Assembly: GCA_002402375.1 (NCBI GenBank)
Contig: DHFT01000039.1
Location: 12,809-76,808 of the forward strand
Source: Elusimicrobia bacterium UBA4817
GTDB lineage: Bacteria; Elusimicrobiota; UBA8919
Length of the DNA stretch: 64,000 bases
Direction: 5' to 3'
Of this stretch, positions 19,742 through 27,514 are shown in pieces. Made by a program: the position numbers and the translations under genes. Under the pieces are notes generated by a model that saw only the letters and a list, made by a program, of their open reading frames with translations, did not search any database and was not told where the DNA came from. Numbering within the stretch: position 1 is the stretch's first letter; every line of letters begins with the position of its first letter.

Positions 19742-21279
19742 TTTTTTATGACTGTAATCTTTCCTTTACAGGAATCAGTTTGGGTTTTTGCTGCATAAAA
19801 ATATATTCCCGATGCAACAGTAGAACCATTTTCATTTTTGCCGTCCCATATAACGGAAGTTCCGCTGCCGTCAATTTCTCTGACGAGGTTTCCTTCCAAA
19901 TTATAAATTTTTATGTTTATCACAGAGTTATCCGGGAAATTTTTTATTGTCAGATTTCCGGTTGAAGGGTTATAAGGGTTCGGTGCGTTGACGACATAAT
20001 TTAATGACTGCGGTCCGTAGGTCACTTTTGAATAATAATCAGCCAAAAACTCATCCCAGTTTGTCGCCTGACAGAAACTTAAATTTTCATAATTACCGTC
20101 GGGATTATTCCAAATTTCCCAATCATCTTTTGTTTTCGGAAAGTTTATAGAAAGTCCGTGTGAATTTTTATGGGTGCTTCCAACTCTGTTTGCGAGCACA
20201 CAATCATTAATGGAGTCCATTACATTGCTCGCAGAGTTTCTCAAAGACGCCGAGTCCAAATCGGGGTTTTGTTCAATAATATAGGCTAAATCATAAATGT
20301 CAATTCCGCCGTATTGAACATTGCTTGATTCACCGTAATAATCAACCGCATCTCTTGTAAGATATAAAGGAATAGTTTTTTTTGTTGAGATAAGTTGATA
20401 TGCAAAATTATCTATTGCCGCCGCCAACTCGCCGATTTTTGACAAATCCACTGCCGATGCGGTTCTTTTATCAAGCACTGAAGAAAAATAAGAAACTGCC
20501 TCGTCGGAATACGCCTTATCCCAGATGTCAACAATTTTTTGCGAGAATGTTTTCGGGTCATAATTCGGATTTGAAACAAGTTCCGTCAAAATTCCGTCAT
20601 AAGGCCAGCCGTATTCGTTTTCTTCGGAGGCAACCATATAGTTCGCAGAATCTTTTATCTGATATGCGATTTCAATTTGTGCCATAAGGCATGCGTCCAA
20701 TCCGATGATGTCAATATTTTTTCCGAGATATGTTTTTATCGTAGAAAGTGCGTTTCCGAGTTCCGCCGTTGTCAGATAATCATTGTCGTCGGTAGTATCG
20801 TCCCATGCTATTCCTTTTTTTAGTTTTGGTGATTTGGGCCACCATCCGCCTCCGTGATTCCACACGACAAGACAATAATTTTCCGCCGGATAATTCGCTA
20901 TTGTCCATGTTGAAAATACGACAAGCGTTGCGTGGTCGCCTGTGTTCAATTCATTTGTTGTTGCAGACGGAAGTAAATTTGCAATAGTTATTGTAGGCGT
21001 GTTTATTGTGAATGTGTCGGTATCGTTTTGTATTTTGTAAAGGTAAGTATTACCGTCGCCGTTTTTATCCGCAAGAACAATTATGTTTACATCAGTTGAA
21101 TTTGCGGCAACTTCCATTTTGTTTATGTCCCGTTTCAACTGGTCGCCTTTCAGTGATGTATCAAGAGAATTATCACCTGCGATGTAGACGATAAATGTCC
21201 ATTTTGCCGCGGATAAAAATGTGCTAAAAAATATGGACAGGCATAATACCTGTCCATATTTAAGAATTTTTTTTGTCAT
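19738..21279 (-). CDS. clostripain-like (C11) cysteine peptidase with T9SS C-terminal sorting domain
   Basis: Signal peptide; 'WTFIVYIAGDNSLD', His-Gly dyad 'VVWNHGGGW', catalytic Cys 'IGLDACLMAQIE'; C-terminal approx 80 aa 'KIYNLEGNLV…SGIYFYAAKT…KITVIKK' matching the Por-secretion CTD pattern. Confidence 0.75.
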   Translation of the reverse strand: MTKKILKYGQVLCLSIFFSTFLSAAKWTFIVYIAGDNSLDTSLKGDQLKRDINKMEVAANSTDVNIIVLADKNGDGNTYLYKIQNDTDTFTINTPTITIANLLPSATTNELNTGDHATLVVFSTWTIANYPAENYCLVVWNHGGGWWPKSPKLKKGIAWDDTTDDNDYLTTAELGNALSTIKTYLGKNIDIIGLDACLMAQIEIAYQIKDSANYMVASEENEYGWPYDGILTELVSNPNYDPKTFSQKIVDIWDKAYSDEAVSYFSSVLDKRTASAVDLSKIGELAAAIDNFAYQLISTKKTIPLYLTRDAVDYYGESSNVQYGGIDIYDLAYIIEQNPDLDSASLRNSASNVMDSINDCVLANRVGSTHKNSHGLSINFPKTKDDWEIWNNPDGNYENLSFCQATNWDEFLADYYSKVTYGPQSLNYVVNAPNPYNPSTGNLTIKNFPDNSVINIKIYNLEGNLVREIDGSGTSVIWDGKNENGSTVASGIYFYAAKTQTDSCKGKITVIKK

Positions 21280-21282
21280 TTT

Positions 21283-23316
21283 TTATTTTAATACAACCGC
21301 CCGTTTTGTTCCGATTTCTTTTCCGTTGACGGTGAGACGGTAATAATAAACGCCCCTGGAAAGTTTGTCGCCGGAATCATATTTTACAGAGTGTTCGCCT
21401 TGCGTCTGGTCTTCGTCAACAATGGTATCAACTTCCTGTCCCGCTACATTGTAAAGTTTGATGGATACCCTGCCGCCCTCCGGTATAAAATAATTAAATG
21501 TCGTCGCCGGGTTAAACGGGTTGGGATAATTCTGACCGAGCGTTGCCTGTTTTACGCCCCCGTCTTCAGATTCAACTTCATCATCAACATCACTTCTTGA
21601 TGTCGCATAAGAGGAGCCGACGGTTACCGTCGGTTGTTTGGAAATTGCCGTAAGTGTTCCGCCGTTTCCCGCTGTTCTTGTCGTAAATTTTGCCGTGCCT
21701 TCCGACGGTTGTGTGGTAAATTTGAGGTATGAAAGTTTTAACTTGTCGCCGCTTCCGTACGCGAGCCGGTCAGCGGGTATCCCTGTTATTGTAACTTTTT
21801 GCCCCGAAACAGAAGCCGTCAGTTTATATGATGTCGTCCGATATTTATAAATATACGCCTTGACATATCCCTTGCCTGTTGATGCTGTGTTTTGAGGCGA
21901 TGTCCATCCGGTCGGAATCGTTACCTCCGCCGTTCCGCTTCCGAGTGAGCCCGCTGCTGACGGCGTCAGAGTGTATGTTATTGATGTGTAATATGTGCTT
22001 GGTGCTACGCCTTTTTTGGAAAGTGATGTTGTTCCGCTTCCGTCAGCACCTGTTTGAGTTGAACCTCCGCCGCTTCCGAGGTTTCCCGCATAGTATCTGT
22101 TCAAGAAATCATCCCACTTGTTTGCCGATTCAGAACCGTACAAAATTGCAGATGTATAGGCACTATCATAATATGATTTTGTTTTCGGGAAATAAACGCA
22201 CATTCCGTAAGAACCGTATTTTGCCGTATCATTTCTCGGCGAGGTAAATCTTGTTTTTACAACTGCGTCGGTTACTGCGGTTTTTAACTCTGATGCCGCC
22301 GTCTGAATAGAAGAACTTGTAACCTTGCTTCGGACCTGTTCTGCAAATCTGTAGATATCAAGTCCGTAATAACCGTCTGATTCCGAATACGCCTTGCAGT
22401 TTTCTCTGGCGGATTTTATTGATGTTAATTGCGAGTTATCGTTCATCGCATCTGCAAACGCATTCAGTTTTAATACAAGGTTGCTGACTTTCGGTATATC
22501 AATTGCCGATTGTGTTATTGCTTCCGATGTCGGATATGATTCTGCATATTTGTTGACTATTGTTTCGCCAAGTTGTTTCGGTGTCGCCGTCGGATTTGTC
22601 GCAAGCCATGAAAGAATTGTGTCGTGAGGCCAGCCGTCGCCCGGTTCCGTCTCTTCCGAGCCGACCATTACACCGTCGGTAGTATTTATTACATTTCTTA
22701 ATTCGTAAGCAACTTCCAGATGTCCCATAAGGCAGGCATCCATACCGATTAAATCAAAAGTATGTGATGCATTCTGGATTGCTGTTCTTACTTCTTTCAT
22801 ATAAAGACAATCATCGTTGTTCCCGTCGTCCCAGCATATTGCTCTTTCCATCGGCGAAAAAGAAATTGAGCGGTCGCGCCATCCGCCGCCGTGATTCCAC
22901 AAAACGAGCGCATACCTGTCCGCCGGATAATTAAGCCACACCCATGTTATAAAATTTGTGAGGGTTGTCGGCGAGCCCATATTTGATTCGCCGAGGTCTT
23001 CAAGCGCGTTTGCTGTCGTCGGCGTCATACCTTTTGTCACTTTGAATCTTTTACATGTTTTCCAGTCGCCGTAAGTTGTATCATAACCGGATGCCCTGTC
23101 AAACTGGACAACGATGTTTATATCGGCGTTGCTTCCCACCTTTGCCATTTCCAGAAAATCATTTACACCGGCGTCTTCAAGATTGTTGTCGGCGTCCAGA
23201 TAAACGGCGTAAGTCCATTTTGCTTTTGCGAAACACGGATTAACGCAGATAACACCGCAGATTAACACAGATAAAAACAATCCTGCCAATCCTACTGTCC
23301 AAACCCTTTTCAACAT
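21283..23316 (-). CDS. clostripain-like (C11) cysteine peptidase with T9SS C-terminal sorting domain (paralogue)
   Basis: Signal peptide; 'WTYAVYLDADNNLE', 'LVLWNHGGGW', 'IGMDACLMGHLE'; Ser/Thr/Gly-rich middle region; C-terminal 'KLYNVAGQEV…RGVYYYRLTVNGKEIGTKRAVVLK' CTD. Confidence 0.75.
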   Translation of the reverse strand: MLKRVWTVGLAGLFLSVLICGVICVNPCFAKAKWTYAVYLDADNNLEDAGVNDFLEMAKVGSNADINIVVQFDRASGYDTTYGDWKTCKRFKVTKGMTPTTANALEDLGESNMGSPTTLTNFITWVWLNYPADRYALVLWNHGGGWRDRSISFSPMERAICWDDGNNDDCLYMKEVRTAIQNASHTFDLIGMDACLMGHLEVAYELRNVINTTDGVMVGSEETEPGDGWPHDTILSWLATNPTATPKQLGETIVNKYAESYPTSEAITQSAIDIPKVSNLVLKLNAFADAMNDNSQLTSIKSARENCKAYSESDGYYGLDIYRFAEQVRSKVTSSSIQTAASELKTAVTDAVVKTRFTSPRNDTAKYGSYGMCVYFPKTKSYYDSAYTSAILYGSESANKWDDFLNRYYAGNLGSGGGSTQTGADGSGTTSLSKKGVAPSTYYTSITYTLTPSAAGSLGSGTAEVTIPTGWTSPQNTASTGKGYVKAYIYKYRTTSYKLTASVSGQKVTITGIPADRLAYGSGDKLKLSYLKFTTQPSEGTAKFTTRTAGNGGTLTAISKQPTVTVGSSYATSRSDVDDEVESEDGGVKQATLGQNYPNPFNPATTFNYFIPEGGRVSIKLYNVAGQEVDTIVDEDQTQGEHSVKYDSGDKLSRGVYYYRLTVNGKEIGTKRAVVLK

Positions 23317-23357
23317 ACCCTTCCTCCCGCCACCGTATCTATTGAATTTCTATTATT

Positions 23358-23386
23358 GTAATAACACAAAAATCAAAATTTGTCAA
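23358..23386 (-). promoter_or_regulatory. candidate sigma70-like promoter (TTGACA-N17-TATTAC) upstream of the C11 peptidase genes
   Basis: The minus strand reads TTGACAAATTTTGATTTTTGTGTTATTAC, about 40 nt upstream of the 21283..23316 start, which has a GGGAGGAAGG ribosome-binding site. Confidence 0.35.
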
Positions 23387-23394
23387 GTAGTTTT

Positions 23395-24672
23395 CTAAAA
23401 ACCGAAGCCCATTCCGAAGACCGTCTGTGATGTGGTTAAACTTATTTTATCGGTTTCGTTCTTTATGTCTCTTGTAAAGGAATATAAATTTCCCGATGAG
23501 CGATATTCCAAAAACGCCGATGCCGTTTCACCCAGTTTAATCCTTAATCCGAGCGGTATTCTGAACAGGAATCCTACATTAAATTGGTCCAGCGGTTTTT
23601 TCCATGTAGAGCCGTGGTACTGGTAAATGTAAGGTGATGTTGTATTATTCAAGGTTAATCCGATGCCGAGTCCGAGATAAGGTTGAACCGTTCTGCTTGA
23701 AAAACGGAAAAGTAAATCAAACGCCATAAGGTAAGTATTGACTTTGAGATAATCGTCAACATAAAAATTGAATGCGCTTGTTGAGAGGTCATTTAGGGTT
23801 ACCGTTGTTTTTTGTGCGGTGATTTTTTGCGCATAATGGGATATTTCTCCTTCAAAACCCAGCAGTTTCCCCGACCCGTAGCCGCCCATTCTGACACCCC
23901 AGAGTAGTCCGTCGCTTTCCGTTTCAAGGTCTTCCCAATCTATCTTGGAATAGGTCGGGTCGGTGGAAGAATAGGTTCCGTTTCCGTTCATATCAAGAGA
24001 TAATTCATACTCGTAAATCCGGGTTGAACTATTTTCAAAACTGAGATTTATTTTTCCGGTCCCGCTTCCGCCGAGAAAAATATCTACGAATGTGTCCAAT
24101 TTTTTTACGGGAGTGTAAGACGGCTGATACGGTTGTTGCGCGCTCACTGCCGGTTGTTGCATTTGTTGATTCACCGTCGGTTGCACCGTCGGCATATCCG
24201 ACCATATTTTTTTTACTTCAACGGAAGACGTGGCGATAACTTCCGCCGTTTCCGTGTTTATCAACCGCGCATTTATTTCCACCATTCCGTTTTCTACATC
24301 AAGGAGAGTTCCGGTTATAATTGCACCGACACCTAAAATCTTTCCGATTTTTTTTGTGCTTTCAACATCAATTATACCGGTTGTGCCGAGATTTTGTTCC
24401 GTCAAAACCTTTTCAAGAAGTTGTCTTTCTATTACCTGGAATTTTTTTAATTTTACTATTCGGGTTGTTAAACGTTCGGAAACGATAGCCCCGCCTTCCG
24501 ACTTTCTGCCGTCAAGGTAAATAAAAGGCATTATTGCTATTTTGGTTTGCGGCAATAAAGACGCCGAATCCGAGAACTCTTTTGCCATTTTATTATATGC
24601 GTCCTCGCGTGCAAAAGTTTTTGATGAGAGTATTAACAATAAAACAAATAAGACGTAATACTTTTTTTTCAT
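23395..24672 (-). CDS. outer-membrane lipoprotein: LpoB/CsgG/TolB-N-like periplasmic domain, Gln/Pro-rich linker, C-terminal beta-barrel
   Basis: Start moved to ATG 'MKKKYYVLFVLLL' (GAGGGGGA ribosome-binding site). 'IAIMPFIYLDGRKSEGGAIVSERLTTRIVKL…FQVIERQLLEKVLTEQNL…KIGKILGVGAIITGTL…VEINARLINTETAEVIAT' pattern, then a QQPxxQP linker, then alternating beta-strands ending 'GMGFGF'. Confidence 0.5.
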   Translation of the reverse strand: MKKKYYVLFVLLLILSSKTFAREDAYNKMAKEFSDSASLLPQTKIAIMPFIYLDGRKSEGGAIVSERLTTRIVKLKKFQVIERQLLEKVLTEQNLGTTGIIDVESTKKIGKILGVGAIITGTLLDVENGMVEINARLINTETAEVIATSSVEVKKIWSDMPTVQPTVNQQMQQPAVSAQQPYQPSYTPVKKLDTFVDIFLGGSGTGKINLSFENSSTRIYEYELSLDMNGNGTYSSTDPTYSKIDWEDLETESDGLLWGVRMGGYGSGKLLGFEGEISHYAQKITAQKTTVTLNDLSTSAFNFYVDDYLKVNTYLMAFDLLFRFSSRTVQPYLGLGIGLTLNNTTSPYIYQYHGSTWKKPLDQFNVGFLFRIPLGLRIKLGETASAFLEYRSSGNLYSFTRDIKNETDKISLTTSQTVFGMGFGF

Positions 24673-24695
24673 AAATAAATAATCCCCCTCAGAAA

Positions 24696-24923
24696 TTATT
24701 TGATTTTGCATCCGGGACAGCAACCGGTGATATTATTTGTCATATCGCAGGAACCACTTTTACAGCCGCCGGCCGAACTGCTTACAGCGAAGTTGGAAAA
24801 AGTTTTCGTAATATCGGAACTCCCGCACTGTTCACATTTGGGTTTTTCCGTATCAGTTGTTATATTTACAAGCAGTTCAAAATTCGCCCCGCACTTTTTA
24901 CAGATAAAAGAATGTATAGGCAT
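24696..24923 (-). CDS. FmdB-family zinc-ribbon protein
   Basis: 75 aa; 'MPIHSFICKKCGANFE…CEQCGS' CxxC…CxxC plus a Cys-rich tail. Confidence 0.7.
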   Translation of the reverse strand: MPIHSFICKKCGANFELLVNITTDTEKPKCEQCGSSDITKTFSNFAVSSSAGGCKSGSCDMTNNITGCCPGCKIK

Positions 24924-24924
24924 A

Positions 24925-25866
24925 TTATTTAGTATACTCTATTTCTTTCAATTTGTCAATATATTTTTCCGCTGAAAATGCCGCAATTGCTCCGTCGGAA
25001 CAAGCAGTGATGACTTGTTTTAATAATTTTTTTCTGCAGTCACCCGCAGCAAAAATTCCCGCTCTATCCGTTTTCATTTCATCGTCGGTGATTATGTAAC
25101 CGTTTTCATCAAGTTTTAAGATATTTTTGATATACTCGGTATTAGGATCATAGCCGACGAACATAAAAACGCCATCTACAGTTATTTCAGTTTTTTCGGA
25201 TGTTAAAATATTTTCTACCAGTACGCTTTCAACTTTTTGAGCGCCTTTAATTTCCATAAGCCGTGAATTCCACATAAAGTTTATTTTTTTATTTGTGAAT
25301 GAAGTGAATGCTCTTTCCTGTAAAATTTTTGTCGCACGCAGTTTGTCCCTTCTGTGAATCACCAAGACCTTATCCGCAAATTTTGTCAGAAAAAGCGCTT
25401 CTTCAATTGCTGTATCTCCTCCGCCGACTACTGCAACCGTTTTATTTTTATAAAGCGCTGCATCGCAGGTGGCACAGTAAGAAACACCCCTGCCTATGAA
25501 TTCTTTTTCGCCGGGAATTCCTAATTGTTTTGGTTTTGCACCCGTCGATATTATCAAGGAAAGTGCGGCATAAGTTTTGCCGTCCGTTTTAACTTCCATA
25601 TTTTTTTCTGTATAATTGATTGAGGTAACCTCTTGTGAAATAATTTCCAGCCCGAATTTTTCGGCCTGACTTTTGAAATTCAAAACAAGTTGGACTCCGC
25701 CGATACCGTCGGGAAAACCCGGATAATTCTCAATAAGAGCGGTGGCGACTGCCTGCCCGAATATTGAATAGTTGTCAATCAAAAGTGATTTCAGTCGTGC
25801 CCGTGAGGCATAAATTCCGGCAGTTAATCCCGCGGGTCCCCCGCCTATAATTATTACATCATACAT
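24925..25866 (-). CDS. trxB: thioredoxin-disulfide reductase
   Basis: 313 aa; FAD motif 'YDVIIIGGGPAGLTAGIYA', redox-active 'CATCDAALY', NADPH GxGxxA motif. Confidence 0.9.
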   Translation of the reverse strand: MYDVIIIGGGPAGLTAGIYASRARLKSLLIDNYSIFGQAVATALIENYPGFPDGIGGVQLVLNFKSQAEKFGLEIISQEVTSINYTEKNMEVKTDGKTYAALSLIISTGAKPKQLGIPGEKEFIGRGVSYCATCDAALYKNKTVAVVGGGDTAIEEALFLTKFADKVLVIHRRDKLRATKILQERAFTSFTNKKINFMWNSRLMEIKGAQKVESVLVENILTSEKTEITVDGVFMFVGYDPNTEYIKNILKLDENGYIITDDEMKTDRAGIFAAGDCRKKLLKQVITACSDGAIAAFSAEKYIDKLKEIEYTK

Positions 25867-25879
25867 AATCTTGTTTTAC

Positions 25880-26035
25880 CTCTTTCTATCCAGAGCGAAG
25901 CAAGAAATTTGTAAGGAACCCTGAGGAGCGACTACGCTTCCAAGAGCGACGAAAAGAGCGAAATCCGACAGGGTGGTCGGTGAGCGACCAAAGGGAGTCC
26001 CTTTAGGGACTTTTCCGACAAATTTGCTTGCGAGC
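25880..26035. repeat. GAGCGAC-rich intergenic repeat (family shared with 49230..49345)
   Basis: '…ggagcgactacgcttccaagagcgacgaaaagagcgaaatc…gtgagcgaccaaagggagtccctttagggac…': GAGCGA(C) recurs at least 5 times and there is an 'agtccctttagggact' palindrome. Resembles 'cagagcgaccacaagggagcgtc…aagaaatttgt…ccgagcgaccg' at 49290..49345. Confidence 0.55.
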
Positions 26036-26039
26036 GATA

Positions 26040-26753
26040 TTATTTTCCATAAGATAACCTTGTTACAAGTGGTTCCGGTAAAAATTTCTCACGCATTTTT
26101 GTTTGAACCTTTTTAATATCATATTCAACACGATGAAAAGTAATTTTGTTGTCTTCCAGAATTAAAAAACATGCCCGGTTGTCGCCGTCGCGGGGTTGGC
26201 CCACCGAGCCGACATTTATTATTGATTTTGCGGTTATCTGTGTTGTTTCTTCCGGTCTTAATCCGGTTATCCCATTTTCTGCACTATAAATAAACGGTCT
26301 GTGGCTGTGCCCGATAAAGCATATTTGTGTCTCAAAGAAATTAAGATTTTCATACATATCGGACTGTTTTATAAGATATTCATTTATCGGTTCTCGCGGG
26401 CTGCCGTGAACAGCAATAAAATTTTCTTCAATAATTTTTTCAGGTAACTCTCTCAAAAAGTTTTTATTCTCTTCAGTCAATTGCGAAGATGTCCACAAAA
26501 TTGCCGCTTTTGCATTATCGTTAAACCAGTTAACATCAAAAAGTCCAACTACCGCCCTGTCGTGATTCCCCGCGGCGATTTTTATGTTTTTTATTGACTT
26601 AATTTTTTCTACACATTCGTTTGGCTCTGGACCGTAACCGACGATATCCTCGCAGCAAATAATTTCATCAACATTCTCAAGGGAAATTTTTTCAATGACA
26701 CAATCCAACGCTTCAATGTTTGAATGTGTATCGGAAAAAACAGAGAGTTTCAC
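26040..26753 (-). CDS. calcineurin-like metallophosphoesterase (YfcE-like)
   Basis: 237 aa; 'VFSDTHSN…GNHD…GHSH' phosphoesterase motifs. Confidence 0.75.
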   Translation of the reverse strand: MKLSVFSDTHSNIEALDCVIEKISLENVDEIICCEDIVGYGPEPNECVEKIKSIKNIKIAAGNHDRAVVGLFDVNWFNDNAKAAILWTSSQLTEENKNFLRELPEKIIEENFIAVHGSPREPINEYLIKQSDMYENLNFFETQICFIGHSHRPFIYSAENGITGLRPEETTQITAKSIINVGSVGQPRDGDNRACFLILEDNKITFHRVEYDIKKVQTKMREKFLPEPLVTRLSYGK

Positions 26754-26761
26754 GAAAGTTA

Positions 26762-27514
26762 TTATACATAAAATTTTCTACAAATCAACCGTATTTTTTC
26801 TTTAAAAATTTTTAATGCAAAAGAAAAAAGTTTTATAATTCTTAAAATTCTCCACGGCTGCTGGACTACCCGGAAAAACCACTCTATATTTAAGTTTATC
26901 ATCCATTTTGGCGCCCGTCTTAAATTACCGGATAAAACATCAAAACTGCCTCCGACGCCCATTGCGATTTTCACGCCAAATTTATGGATATTTTTGTTGA
27001 GCCATATTTCCTGAAAAGGAGTGTTTAATCCCGCGAAAAGTATTTCCGCACCGGACGATTTTATTTGTGAAATTACATCCTGTTCGTTTCCTGTTTCACG
27101 AAAATAGCCGTTATGAAACCCCGCTATTTTTAAGTCGGGAAATTTTTTTTTGATTTCTCCGGTCGCTTTTGTAATTACCTCTTCTTTTGCGCCGAGAAAA
27201 AATATCGGACAATTTTTTTGCTGTGCATATTTAAGCAAAGAAATCATAAAATCAATTCCGGGAATTTTTTCTTTCAAAGGTGTTCCTAAAAATTTCGCAG
27301 CCCAACTAACCCCCGCACTTTCGGGAATAACGAGCGCCGCTTCGTCAAAAACATTTTTCAATTTTTCGTTTTTGCACGCTTCCAAAATCATTAAAGGATT
27401 TGCAGTTATTATTTGGCGGGATTTACCGTTAGTTAGAAAATCATCAACGAGTATTATCGCATTTTTTAGCGAGATATTATCAACTCTGATTGACAATATT
27501 TTTATGGAATGCAT
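26762..27514 (-). CDS. WecB/TagA/CpsF-family glycosyltransferase
   Basis: 250 aa; overall similarity to N-acetylmannosaminyltransferases of the WecG/TagA family. Confidence 0.65.
   Translation of the reverse strand: MHSIKILSIRVDNISLKNAIILVDDFLTNGKSRQIITANPLMILEACKNEKLKNVFDEAALVIPESAGVSWAAKFLGTPLKEKIPGIDFMISLLKYAQQKNCPIFFLGAKEEVITKATGEIKKKFPDLKIAGFHNGYFRETGNEQDVISQIKSSGAEILFAGLNTPFQEIWLNKNIHKFGVKIAMGVGGSFDVLSGNLRRAPKWMINLNIEWFFRVVQQPWRILRIIKLFSFALKIFKEKIRLICRKFYV

Noticed and set aside
25880-26035. GAGCGAC-rich region as a riboswitch or T-box for trxB
   Set aside because: No match to any riboswitch consensus I can recognise, and a similar sequence recurs inside the btu cluster. Reported as a dispersed repeat instead.
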